This document shows positions 37,785-46,958 of a DNA stretch of 64,000 nucleotides, one piece after another. Under the pieces are notes generated by a model, which searched no databases, was not told the DNA's origin, and was given only the letters and a program-made list of their open reading frames with translations. Source of the stretch: Thermodesulfobacteriota bacterium (lineage in GTDB: Bacteria > Desulfobacterota > Desulfobaccia > Desulfobaccales > 0-14-0-80-60-11); the NCBI GenBank assembly GCA_040757175.1, contig JBFLXM010000004.1, positions 15,023-79,022 of the forward strand. Reading direction: 5' to 3'. The stretch's first letter is position 1. Every line of letters begins with the position of its first letter. The position numbers and the translations under genes were made by a program.

Positions 37785-37813
37785 TCTATAACCATAAGAT
37801 TCGGGAAAATCAA
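37785..37813 (-). promoter_or_regulatory. Sigma70-type promoter candidate for groES-groEL
   Basis: The reverse strand reads TTGATT, a 17-nt spacer, then TATAGA, located immediately upstream of CIRCE. Confidence 0.5.
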
Positions 37814-37864
37814 GGGGGGAGGAAGAAAAAAATGCCTTCCAAAGCCTCGGCAGAGTTCAAAGTT

Positions 37865-37994
37865 GAGACCTCTGCGAAAGTCTCAGGTGGAACAGCCGCC
37901 CCCGGCTATCCACCCTTCAGCTAGTAGCAGGCGAGGGCGCCTGCTCCACATTTTGATTAACGAGGAATTTAATTGAGACTTTCGCAGAGGTCTC
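37865..37994. mobile_element. MITE family A, copy 4
   Basis: The TIRs are perfect. The flanks are AAGTT / AGGTT. Confidence 0.8.
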
Positions 37995-38096
37995 AGGTTA
38001 AATCATTTTCTGGCCGGAGCGCACCTCGGGGTGCCGCATAAAAGGGCGGACCCCGGGTCCGCCCTTATTGTGTGACATTTCGGAGGGGAAAAGGTA

Positions 38097-39647
38097 CTAC
38101 AGGGTTTTGGCGAGCACCGGACGGGGTGGGGCTTTGGAGACCTTCTCCTTGTCTTTGGAACGCTTGGTGGAGGAATTGCCCTTGCCCGGGTTCTTGGGAC
38201 TCCTGGCGGCAATATCGCTTTTCTTGACAAGCTGCACGCCGCTCTTTTTGCCACTGGCCCCTTCTCTGGTCAGGACTTTGCCTTTGCCCTTGCCCTCGCG
38301 GCTGACCACCTGGTTCTTGCCCTTGTCCTTGTAGCCGGACTTGGAAGGTTCTGGCAGAGGCAGCAGAGAAGCGGTATGGACGGCCGCGGCCTTTTCCCCG
38401 GGTCTGTGGTGGGACTTCCCTTTTTTGGCTGCCACCACGCTGGCCCGGCCCTTTTTCCTGCTCTTACTGGCCGCGACTTTACTTTTCTTGTCAACCTTGT
38501 GGACCTGGCCCTTTTTCCCCTGATGAACCGGGTGATGAGCCGGAGCCGCTGCGGCCGTGCGGTGGGTGGAGGCCCGCTTGGCCACCCGGGTCGGTCTGGA
38601 GGCCACCGCCGGGTGCTCCAGGCTGGCTATCATGATGTTTTTGGCAAAGGCCTCTTTGCTCTTGGCGGGGAGGTTCAGGGTATACTTGCCGTCAGGGGGA
38701 GTTATGCCCCGGAGCAGTTCCGGGTTAAGGGACTGTACTTCCTCCACCGGCACATTGACGGCCACGGCCGCGGCTTTCAAAGAAGTGGGCTCATTGACCT
38801 GCACCTTGTCAACGGCCAGGGCCGGCAGATAAGGGACACCTTTGAACCCGAATTTCTCCGGGTTTTTGGCAATGATGGTGGCGGCGATCAACTGCGGCAC
38901 GTAGTTCTTGGTTTCAGTGGGCAGGCACTGGTTGGCGGAGAGTTCCCAAAAGTTCCTATGGCTGCTCTGGTTCAGCTCCCTTTGCACCCGGCCCTCGCCG
39001 CAGTTGTAGCTGGCCGCGGCCAGGTACCAGGAACCGAATTGTTTATACAGGTCCAGGAGGTATTTGGCGGCCGCGCGGGTGGACTTTTCCGGGTCCCGGC
39101 GCTCATCCACGTAGCCGTCCATGGCCAGCCCGTAACGGGCCCCCGTGCCTCTGATGAACTGCCACATGCCGCAGGCATGGGCATGGGAATAGGCATTGGC
39201 ATTGAAGCCGCTTTCAATCATGGCCAGATAGGCCAGATCTTCCGGCAGGCCGTATTCCTGGAAGACCTCTTTGATCATGGGCAGATAGCGGGTGGAGCGG
39301 GAGAGATAACGGCGGATGGTGCCCTTGCGTTCGGTGGAGAAATAGACCAGGTAGGCCCTGACCTGCTTGTTCATCTGAATGGGCGCATCAAATTTGACCT
39401 GATGGTCCCATTTCTTCAATTCCTCTTCCAGGCTGGGGTCCCAACCGGGGATGCCGCTCTTGGCGTAGAGCTCCTCCAAGCGCTTGGCGCTCAGCTCCTC
39501 GGTCAGGGATGATTCATCATTATTGTCGTCGGGAACGGAAACGGCGGGAACTTGCGGAATCGGCTCCTCTTTTACCATTTGGCGGCCGCCGCCACAACCC
39601 GTCAACAGGACAAAACAGAGAACTACCCCCATCCCCCAAGAAAACAT
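38097..39647 (-). CDS. Lipoprotein lytic transglycosylase (MltD-like SLT domain) with long Lys-rich C-terminal tail
   Basis: The lipobox is LLTGC. The SLT motif is AMIESGFNANAYSHAHACGMWQF. The last ~170 aa are K/G/S-rich low-complexity sequence. Confidence 0.8.
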   Translation of the reverse strand: MFSWGMGVVLCFVLLTGCGGGRQMVKEEPIPQVPAVSVPDDNNDESSLTEELSAKRLEELYAKSGIPGWDPSLEEELKKWDHQVKFDAPIQMNKQVRAYLVYFSTERKGTIRRYLSRSTRYLPMIKEVFQEYGLPEDLAYLAMIESGFNANAYSHAHACGMWQFIRGTGARYGLAMDGYVDERRDPEKSTRAAAKYLLDLYKQFGSWYLAAASYNCGEGRVQRELNQSSHRNFWELSANQCLPTETKNYVPQLIAATIIAKNPEKFGFKGVPYLPALAVDKVQVNEPTSLKAAAVAVNVPVEEVQSLNPELLRGITPPDGKYTLNLPAKSKEAFAKNIMIASLEHPAVASRPTRVAKRASTHRTAAAAPAHHPVHQGKKGQVHKVDKKSKVAASKSRKKGRASVVAAKKGKSHHRPGEKAAAVHTASLLPLPEPSKSGYKDKGKNQVVSREGKGKGKVLTREGASGKKSGVQLVKKSDIAARSPKNPGKGNSSTKRSKDKEKVSKAPPRPVLAKTL

Positions 39648-39953
39648 ATAAGTTCCTCATACGAGGGGTATGAACCGGCTTGGCAGGAATTCAGGCCTTC
39701 TCGCACCGCCTCCCCCATTGAGACGGCCCTGCGCATAGGTCTTTAGGTTCTTCCCCTATACCAGAGAATACCCGCTAAAATCAAGGGAAAAATGATATTG
39801 CTAACTTTTTTCAACAGTTATTGATCTTTATTGCTATAAAGATTTATTAATATTCCAGTGAACCTTCAAGATGTTATAGGTTGTTATAAGAAAATAATAA
39901 TTGATAATGAAACCGGGGTAAAACCTGCGGCGCTGCCGGAATAAGGAGAAGTC

Positions 39954-40871
39954 TTGCAGAAGTTTTTGGCCATATTCTTCCTGGCTGCGGCCCCCCTCAT
40001 CTGGACCGCGGCCCTGGGGGGCGCTCTTTACGGCCTGGAACCCTTCATCTCCTGGCTCTATTTCTTCGCCTGGTGGCCCCTGATACTATTCCTGGAAGGG
40101 CTGTTCTTCCTGAAGCAGGGTGAATTTTGGCTCCTCTCCCGGCCCCGGGATTTCCTGAAAATGGGCTTCTGGTCGGTCACGGTGTGGCTGGTTTTCGAAG
40201 CCGCCAATCTGGTTCTGAAGAATTGGGCCTATGTGAACCTGCTGCCCTATTGGTGGCGGCGCTGGCCCGGCTACGTGCTGGCCTTTGCCACCGTGCTCCC
40301 CGGCATGCTCCTCACCGCCCGGGTCCTGGCCGCTTGGGGGGCCTGGCAGGGAGCATCGGGCCGCGGCCGCGGCTGGGCCTCCTGGCAGCCCCTGTTCCTC
40401 CTCCTGGGCGCAGCCTGCCTCATCCTCCCCCTGATTTTTCCCCTTTATTCCTTTCCCCTGGTGTGGGGGGCTTTATTCTTCCTCTTGGACCCCATAAACG
40501 ACCTGCTGGGGGGAAAATCCCTGACCCGGCGCTGGCTGGCGGGGGAGCGCCGGGACATCTACTGCCTGCTTACCGCGGGCCTCATCTGCGGCCTCTGGTG
40601 GGAGATGTGGAACTATCCCGCCGCCACCAAATGGGTCTATACCCTGCCGGTCCTGAACTGCGGCAAAATCTTCGAGATGCCCGTCCTGGGCTACCTGGGC
40701 TTCCTGCCCTTTGCCCTGGAAGGCGCGGTGATGTATAATTTCTTTAAGGTATTGGAGGAAAAAGTGCTGGTCACTTCCGGGCAGCGGCGCTGGTTTTGGG
40801 TGGGGCAATTGGCCTTTTGGGTAGTCATGTTCGCGGCTATGGACGCCTGGACGGCGATTTCTTTTCAGTGA
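39954..40871 (+). CDS. Polytopic integral membrane protein, function unknown
   Basis: It has multiple hydrophobic helices rich in W/F/L. The TTG start is preceded by AAGGAGAA. Confidence 0.55.
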   Translation: MQKFLAIFFLAAAPLIWTAALGGALYGLEPFISWLYFFAWWPLILFLEGLFFLKQGEFWLLSRPRDFLKMGFWSVTVWLVFEAANLVLKNWAYVNLLPYWWRRWPGYVLAFATVLPGMLLTARVLAAWGAWQGASGRGRGWASWQPLFLLLGAACLILPLIFPLYSFPLVWGALFFLLDPINDLLGGKSLTRRWLAGERRDIYCLLTAGLICGLWWEMWNYPAATKWVYTLPVLNCGKIFEMPVLGYLGFLPFALEGAVMYNFFKVLEEKVLVTSGQRRWFWVGQLAFWVVMFAAMDAWTAISFQ

Positions 40872-40896
40872 GCAGTGAGCAGTAAGCAGTGAGCAG
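40866..40896. repeat. Heptanucleotide array (CAGTGAG/CAGTAAG, ~4.4 units) starting on the stop codon of 39954..40871
   Basis: The units are CAGTGAG CAGTGAG CAGTAAG CAGTGAG CAG. The reverse complement recurs at 50144-50172. Confidence 0.8.
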
Positions 40897-40954
40897 ATTA
40901 GAGTGCGGGCCGCGCCCTGCGGTCTATAGTTGAATATAAATAGGGAGTCTGAAC

Positions 40955-41548
40955 GTGACTGCTCGAAAACCCCAAAAAGCTAAGGTTTCAAAGAAACGAC
41001 CCGTCCATACATATTCCGAGCTTTGGCACGGTTCAAAGATATTATTGGAACGGGCGCAAGCCGAGATAAAGGGCTCAAAGTGGCTTTGGATGGGTAGCCT
41101 TATCCTCACGGCATTTTCGTTCGAGGCATATATGAATCATATTGGCCCTAAAGTCTTTTCATCTTGGGAAACTGCTCTTGAAAAAACTCTCCCTCCTGAG
41201 TCCAAACTCGAAGTCATTTGGGAAAGACTTGAGATAGACCTTCCCAAAAACGAACGCCCAAGGCAAACTGTGCGGGATCTAATCAAGTTCCGCAATAACG
41301 TGGCTCATGGCAAAACTGTCCCCATCGAAGAAAATACAACCCCTGATGCCGATCAGTATCTTGATGAGTTCCTTGGTAAACGTCCTTTAGCAATTTGGGA
41401 AGAGTATTGTACCCAAGAGAACGCCTTGAGAGCACGCGAGGATATCGAGAAAATATTGCAGATGATTCATAATAGGATAAACCCAAAAAATGACTATTTG
41501 TTCTCATTCGGAATAGGGGAACATTCAGCTTCGATAAAAGATTCTTAA
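40955..41548 (+). CDS. Stand-alone HEPN-like protein (RNxxAH motif), lower GC
   Basis: LIKFRNNVAHGK matches the HEPN Rx4H (RN..AH) catalytic motif. The GTG start has AGGGAG upstream. The gene is flanked on both sides by heptamer arrays. Confidence 0.5.
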   Translation: MTARKPQKAKVSKKRPVHTYSELWHGSKILLERAQAEIKGSKWLWMGSLILTAFSFEAYMNHIGPKVFSSWETALEKTLPPESKLEVIWERLEIDLPKNERPRQTVRDLIKFRNNVAHGKTVPIEENTTPDADQYLDEFLGKRPLAIWEEYCTQENALRAREDIEKILQMIHNRINPKNDYLFSFGIGEHSASIKDS

Positions 41549-41581
41549 TATGTCGTTTTAAAATAACACTCCGAGTAAGCA

Positions 41582-42955
41582 ATTCTGAAAACCGAAAACC
41601 GAAAACCGAAAACCGTCTCTAAAACCGTCTTCCCCATCTCCCTGGGCTGTCCCAAAAACCTGGTGGACACGGAAATCATGCTGGGCCATCTCGCCCGGGA
41701 AGGCTGGGAAGTGGTGTCTTCTCCCGAAGCTGCGTCCCTGCTCCTGGTGAATACCTGCGCCTTCATTTCTTCGGCCTCCCAGGAGGCGGTGGACACCATC
41801 CTGGAAATGGCCCGCCATAAAGAGAATGATCCCGGCAAGCGTCTGGCGATCGCGGGCTGCCTGGTGCAGCGTTTCGGCCCGGAGTTGCCCGCCCAACTCC
41901 CGGAAGTGGATTTCTTCATCGGGGTTAATGACTTTCCCCGGCTGCCCCGGATTTTGCAGGGACTAGCGGGGCCGGAAGAAACCTGCTTATTTCACGGCGC
42001 GCCGCTTTTTGACTACGCCCGCCCCCAGCCCCGTTATCCCGCCACGCCCCGGCCTTACGCCTATATGAAGATCGCCGAGGGGTGCAGCCACCGCTGCACC
42101 TATTGCACCATCCCGGGGATCAGGGGGCCTTTGCGCAGCCGGCCCCCGGCCACCCTGCTGGCCGAGGCGGAAGCCCTGGCCGCGTCCGGGGTCAAGGAGC
42201 TGAACCTGGTGGCCCAGGACACCACCGCCTACGGCCGGGACCGGAAAAACAGCCCGGGGTTGCCGGAACTCCTTCGGGAACTCTGCGGAGTTCCGGGCCT
42301 GGAGTGGATTCGCCTCCTTTACGGCCACCCGGCCCGGATTACTCCGGAACTGCTGGAGACCATGGCCGCCCACCCCCAAATCTGCCCTTACCTGGACCTG
42401 CCCATACAGCACGGCCATGACCAGATGCTCCGGCGCATGGGCCGGGGTTACTCCCGCAGCTCAATCCTGAAAACCTGGCGCCTGATCCGGGATTTTCTGC
42501 CCCACGGGGCCCTGCGCACCACAGTGATGGTGGGCTTCCCCGGGGAGACGGAGGAGCACTTTGCGGCCCTCACCGACCTGATCCAGGAGGTGCGCTTCGA
42601 GCACCTGGGGGTTTTTCTCTATTCCCCAGAGGAGGGTACGCCCGCGGCCAAGTTTACCCCCCGGGTGCCCCGGCGGCTGGCCCGGCAGCGGGCCCGCCTT
42701 ATCAAAAAACTCCAGGCCCGGATCGTCAAAGAACGGCTGAAATACCTGAAAGGCACTATCCAACCGGTGCTGGTGGAGGGGGTGAGCGCCGAGAGCGACT
42801 ATCTCCTCTCCGGCCGCCTCATCACCCAGGCCCCGGAGATCGACGGCCAGGTTTATCTTACCGGAGGCCCGGCCCGCCGCGGCGAAATCCAACCGGTGCG
42901 GATCAAGAGGGTTTTGCCTTATGATCTGGTGGGGGAAGTGGTTGAGGCAAAGTGA
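41582..42955 (+). CDS. rimO: Ribosomal protein S12 methylthiotransferase RimO (start codon unresolved)
   Basis: It has ISLGCPKNLVDTE, NTCAF, the radical-SAM motif CSHRCTYC and a TRAM-like C-terminus. The frame is open only from 41579. The only in-frame canonical start (GTG 41663) lies after the essential SLGC cysteine; ATT 41582 and CTG 41585 are the only upstream options. Confidence 0.85.
   Translation: MLKTENRKPKTVSKTVFPISLGCPKNLVDTEIMLGHLAREGWEVVSSPEAASLLLVNTCAFISSASQEAVDTILEMARHKENDPGKRLAIAGCLVQRFGPELPAQLPEVDFFIGVNDFPRLPRILQGLAGPEETCLFHGAPLFDYARPQPRYPATPRPYAYMKIAEGCSHRCTYCTIPGIRGPLRSRPPATLLAEAEALAASGVKELNLVAQDTTAYGRDRKNSPGLPELLRELCGVPGLEWIRLLYGHPARITPELLETMAAHPQICPYLDLPIQHGHDQMLRRMGRGYSRSSILKTWRLIRDFLPHGALRTTVMVGFPGETEEHFAALTDLIQEVRFEHLGVFLYSPEEGTPAAKFTPRVPRRLARQRARLIKKLQARIVKERLKYLKGTIQPVLVEGVSAESDYLLSGRLITQAPEIDGQVYLTGGPARRGEIQPVRIKRVLPYDLVGEVVEAK
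41587..41614. repeat. Heptanucleotide array (GAAAACC x4) inside the 5-prime end of rimO
   Basis: It reads GAAAACC x4, followed by GTCTCTAAAACCG. Confidence 0.8.
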
Positions 42956-42985
42956 TCGGTAATCAGTGATCACTGATCACTATCC
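42951..42985. repeat. Heptanucleotide array (AGTGATC-type, 5 units) starting on the rimO stop codon
   Basis: The units are AGTGATC GGTAATC AGTGATC ACTGATC ACTATCC. Confidence 0.75.
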
Positions 42986-43055
42986 TTCCCCTGCCCCCCG
43001 GGAAAAGTTTGACATCCGGGGGGGAGTAAGTTATTTTATTCACAATAAAAGATCT

Positions 43056-44024
43056 ATGGGCGCGAAAGGTATTCTCAAGGAACTGGAGGGGGAGGTGGCG
43101 GCCATCAACCAGGCGTTGGTGGACAATCTCCAATCCCATGTTCCTTTGATTTCCCAGGTGGGACGGCATATCCTCCTCAGCGGCGGCAAACGCATCCGTC
43201 CCCTCCTCTTCCTCCTGTCGGCCCGCATGTGCGGCTGCCAGGGGCCGGGCCTCGCGGATTTTTCCACGATCTTTGAGTATCTGCACGCGGCCACCCTCCT
43301 CCATGATGATGTGGTGGACGCCGCGGACGTGCGCCGGGGCCAGTCCACCGCCAACACCATCTGGGGCAACCAGGCCGTGATCCTGGTGGGGGATTTTCTG
43401 CTTTCCAAGGCCCTGTCCCTGGCGGTGACCACCAACCAACTGCGGGTCCTCAAGGTTCTGGCCCACACCACCACCATGATGGCGGAAGGGGAGATTCTGC
43501 AACTGCTGCACACCAGCAACCTGAAGATCAATGAACAGGACTACTTTGAGGTCGTCAACCGCAAGACCGCGATCCTCATGTCCGCGGCCTGTCAAATCGG
43601 GGCGATTTTGGGAGACGCCCCCCCGGAGCAGGAAGAGGCCCTGGCCCAATTCGGGTTGAACCTGGGGATTACCTTCCAGGTGGTGGACGATATCCTGGAT
43701 TTTACCGGCAATGAGCTGGAAATGGGCAAACCCATCGGCAACGACTTGAAGGAAGGCCGCATCACCCTGCCGCTGATCCACGCCCTGACCCGGGCCAATC
43801 CCGGGGACCGGCAGAGATTGTCAGAAATCGCCCAAAACTTGAAGCCGGAAATGATCCCGGAACTGGGGCATCTTCTGGATAAGTACGATTCCCTGGACCA
43901 CGCCCGCAGCCTGGCCCGGGAATTCACCTTGAAGGCCCAGGCCAATCTGGAAGCCTTTCCCCCGGTGCCCGAGAAGGCGTACTTCCGGGCCTTTACGGAA
44001 GAGCTGCTGGACCGCACGCATTGA
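43056..44024 (+). CDS. Polyprenyl diphosphate synthase (IspB-like, long-chain)
   Basis: The two Asp-rich motifs are LLHDDVVDAADVRRG and FQVVDDILD. The ATG at 43056 gives a typical ~322-aa length, whereas the track start at 42966 adds 30 atypical residues. Confidence 0.85.
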   Translation: MGAKGILKELEGEVAAINQALVDNLQSHVPLISQVGRHILLSGGKRIRPLLFLLSARMCGCQGPGLADFSTIFEYLHAATLLHDDVVDAADVRRGQSTANTIWGNQAVILVGDFLLSKALSLAVTTNQLRVLKVLAHTTTMMAEGEILQLLHTSNLKINEQDYFEVVNRKTAILMSAACQIGAILGDAPPEQEEALAQFGLNLGITFQVVDDILDFTGNELEMGKPIGNDLKEGRITLPLIHALTRANPGDRQRLSEIAQNLKPEMIPELGHLLDKYDSLDHARSLAREFTLKAQANLEAFPPVPEKAYFRAFTEELLDRTH

Positions 44025-44027
44025 TAC

Positions 44028-44056
44028 AGTTTTCAGTTTTTAGTTTTTAGTTTTAG
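44028..44056. repeat. Heptanucleotide array (TTTTCAG/TTTTTAG)
   Basis: It reads CAGTTTTCAGTTTTTAGTTTTTAGTTTTAG and runs directly into a GTAG-type hairpin (44054-44082). Confidence 0.75.
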
Positions 44057-44138
44057 GGCGGGAAAGCGAAGCGCATCCCGCCTTCAATAACAAATTCCCT
44101 GCCGGACTTCCGCCTTATCTATCTTGAAAAGTTACGAG

Positions 44139-44200
44139 CGGTAGCACAGGCTTTCCAGCCTGTGCGAATTGCCAGGGCGGGCGAGACGCCCGTCCCTAAG
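44139..44200. repeat. Two-hairpin REP-like composite repeat
   Basis: CGGTAGCACAGGCTTTCCAGCCTGTGCGAATTGCCAGGGCGGGCGAGACGCCCGTCCCTAAG matches 30875-30935. Confidence 0.7.
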
Positions 44201-44366
44201 GACTTTTCGTGATTAATGGGTGAGGCCAACGTTCATGAATGGCTGGTTCCCTGAGGCAGGAAAAACCGGTTGAGAATTATTGAAAAAACTGATAGTTAAA
44301 AGGGTGCTTCGGGCCCGGCCCCGGGAGATGCGGCCGGGCGGGCAACCTTGAGGAAGGGAGAATTTG

Positions 44367-46442
44367 ATGTCTGGCAAAACGGCACAGATCCGCAATCTGG
44401 CCCTCATCGGCCACGGCGGCTGCGGCAAGACCTCCCTGGCCGAGGCCCTCCTCTTTGGGGCGGGGGCCACCTCCCGGCTGGGAAAGGTGGATGACGGCAG
44501 TTCCATCCTGGATTACGAGCCGGAGGAAATCAAACGCAAGATTACCATTTCCACGGCTTTTCATCATTATCAGTGGAAGAAGCACACGGTCTACCTGGCC
44601 GACACCCCCGGGGACGATAACTTCCTGGCCGACACCCGGGCCGCCTTGCACGTGGCCGACGCCGCGGTGGTGGTGGTGGACGCGGTGGACAGCGTCAAAG
44701 TGGGCACCGAAAAGGTATGGCAAACCTCCAACCACTACGCCCTCCCCCGTCTCATCTTCATCAATAAAATGGACCGGGAACGCGCGGACTTCGAAAAGAC
44801 GCTCAAGGAAATCAAAGACATTCTGGAAGCCCCGGTAGTGCCCTTGCAGATTCCCATCGGCAAAGAGGCCGCTTTCAAAGGCGTGGTGGACCTGGTGGCC
44901 ATGAAGGCCATGGTGGCTGCGGGTGGCAAGCTGGATGCGGGCCCCATTCCCGACGACCTGAAAGATGAAGTGGAACAGTACCGCAGCGACCTCCTCAATT
45001 TCGCCGCGGAAAGCGACGACGCGCTCATCGAGAAATTCCTGGAAGAAGGGGAACTCACGGCGGAGGAGATCTATCGGGGCCTGAGGATCGGCACCCTTAA
45101 AGGGGCCATCGTCCCGGTGCTCTGCGGCGCGGCCTTAAGCAACCTGGGGCCCGGGCTCCTCCTGGACGCCATCAACCATTTCCTGCCCGCGCCCGAGGAC
45201 CGGGGTCCGGTAAAAGGACAAAAACCCGGTTCCGGCGAAGAAGTGGTGCTGGAGGTGGACCCTGACGGGCCCCTGGCGGCTCAGGTCTTCAAGACCGTGG
45301 CCGACCCCTATGCCGGCCGGCTCTCCATCTTCCGCATCTATAGCGGCACCATTGCCTCCGATGCCTCCTTCTTCAATGTCACCCGGTCCGCGGCCGAGAG
45401 ATACGGGCAATTATTCCTGCCGGAAGGTAAAGGCCAGAAAGCCGTGGCCAACGCCGGACCCGGGGCCTTCGCGGCTGTGGCCAAACTGAAGGAGACAGTC
45501 ACCGGCGACACCCTGGCCACGGAAGCCCAGCCCATTCTTCTGCCCCCCCTCATGGCCTCCAAACCCATGGTCACCCTGGCGGTGGAATCCAAGGTGCGGG
45601 GCGAAGAAGACAAGGTCTTCTCTTCCATCTCCAAACTCATCGAAGAAGACCCTTCCCTGCAGTTGCACCGCAACACCGACACCAAAGAGATCCTTCTCTC
45701 CGGGGTGGGCTCGGTCCATATCGAAGCCACCACGGAAAAGTTGAAACGCAAGTTCGGGGTGGAGGCGGTGCTTAAACCTCCTAAGGTCCCCTACCGGGAG
45801 ACCATCAAAGGCACCACCAGGGTCCAGGGCAAATACAAGCGCCAGTCCGGGGGCCGGGGCCAATACGGCGACACCTGGATAGAAATGGAGCCCCTGCCCA
45901 AGGGCGGCGGCTTCGAATTCGTGGACAAGATCGTGGGCGGCGTCATCCCCAAACAATATATTCCCTCCGTGGAAAAGGGCATCGTCGAGGCCAAGAATAC
46001 CGGTATCCTGGCCGGCTTCCCGGTGGTGGATTTCCGGGTCACCCTCTATGACGGCTCCTTCCATGACGTGGACTCCTCGGACATGGCCTTCAAGATCGCG
46101 GGCTCCATGGGCTTCAAGAAGGGCATGGAGCAGGCCCAACCCACCCTTTTGGAACCTATTATGAAAATGACCGTGACCGTGCCCGAAGACAACATGGGGG
46201 ACATCATCGGCGACCTCAACGGCCGCCGGGGCCGGGTCCTGGGCGTGGAGGCCGAAGGCAAATACCAGGTGATCACCGCCCACGTGCCCATGGTGGAGGT
46301 CCTGCTCTACGCGCCGGACCTCATCTCCAAGACCGGGGGCCGGGGCACCTACGAAATGGAATTCGACCACTACGAAGAAGTGCCTGCGCACTTGGCGGAA
46401 AAGATCATCGCCGAAGCCAGGGCGGCTATGGAGAAGGAGTAA
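44367..46442 (+). CDS. Elongation factor G family GTPase (EF-G paralog, not in the str operon context)
   Basis: The G-domain is IRNLALIGHGGCGKTSLAEALL, DTPGDDNF, NKMD. It has full five-domain length. The ATG at 44367 is preceded by GGGAG, and a TTG lies at 44364. Confidence 0.9.
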   Translation: MSGKTAQIRNLALIGHGGCGKTSLAEALLFGAGATSRLGKVDDGSSILDYEPEEIKRKITISTAFHHYQWKKHTVYLADTPGDDNFLADTRAALHVADAAVVVVDAVDSVKVGTEKVWQTSNHYALPRLIFINKMDRERADFEKTLKEIKDILEAPVVPLQIPIGKEAAFKGVVDLVAMKAMVAAGGKLDAGPIPDDLKDEVEQYRSDLLNFAAESDDALIEKFLEEGELTAEEIYRGLRIGTLKGAIVPVLCGAALSNLGPGLLLDAINHFLPAPEDRGPVKGQKPGSGEEVVLEVDPDGPLAAQVFKTVADPYAGRLSIFRIYSGTIASDASFFNVTRSAAERYGQLFLPEGKGQKAVANAGPGAFAAVAKLKETVTGDTLATEAQPILLPPLMASKPMVTLAVESKVRGEEDKVFSSISKLIEEDPSLQLHRNTDTKEILLSGVGSVHIEATTEKLKRKFGVEAVLKPPKVPYRETIKGTTRVQGKYKRQSGGRGQYGDTWIEMEPLPKGGGFEFVDKIVGGVIPKQYIPSVEKGIVEAKNTGILAGFPVVDFRVTLYDGSFHDVDSSDMAFKIAGSMGFKKGMEQAQPTLLEPIMKMTVTVPEDNMGDIIGDLNGRRGRVLGVEAEGKYQVITAHVPMVEVLLYAPDLISKTGGRGTYEMEFDHYEEVPAHLAEKIIAEARAAMEKE

Positions 46443-46476
46443 GGCAGGGGGCAGGGGGCAGGGGCCAGGGGCCAGG
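46443..46476. repeat. Heptanucleotide array (CAGGGGG/CAGGGGC) starting right after the EF-G stop
   Basis: It reads GGCAGGGGGCAGGGGGCAGGGGCCAGGGGCCAGGG. The reverse-complement type recurs at 49031-49090 and 35677-35702. Confidence 0.75.
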
Positions 46477-46792
46477 GAACTGTGGTCAGTGGTAGGGCGG
46501 GAAAGCGCAGCGCATCCCGCCTTCAGCGATGGTGTTGGATTTGGCTTCTGACGTCGGGAGGTGCATCGCTTTCTCTCCATATTGCTTATTCCCTCTTTTC
46601 CCGGGGTCACCCCTGAAAAGATAATTGCCCTCTCTTTCTCCCTCTCTCCCCGGCGGGGGGGTGGGGTGAGGGGGGGAGATTTTCCTGGCTTCCCGGGGTG
46701 TCATGGCATTATAGCTTGCAAGAGGCGGGATGCGCTGCGCTTTCCCGCCCTACCCCGCTTAGCCGCTCCAACGCTTGATAATATTATGATTT

Positions 46793-46835
46793 CCCCTGGT
46801 TTCCGGGCTCTTTCTGGGAACCAGGGGAATTTTTT
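46793..46835 (+). terminator. Hairpin plus T-run (terminator-like) in the EF-G / cupin intergenic region
   Basis: It reads CCCCTGGTTTCC...GGGAACCAGGGG, followed by AATTTTTT. Confidence 0.4.
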
Positions 46836-46958
46836 GAGCTCTGGAAACTGTACATAAAAAGGGGGAAAACTTCGCCCTCCTCTTAAACTCCCAATCCAAC
46901 CCCCTGGTGGCACAGGCGTCTCGACTGTGCTATAAGATATTAGCTTGAGAGGTCGGGT

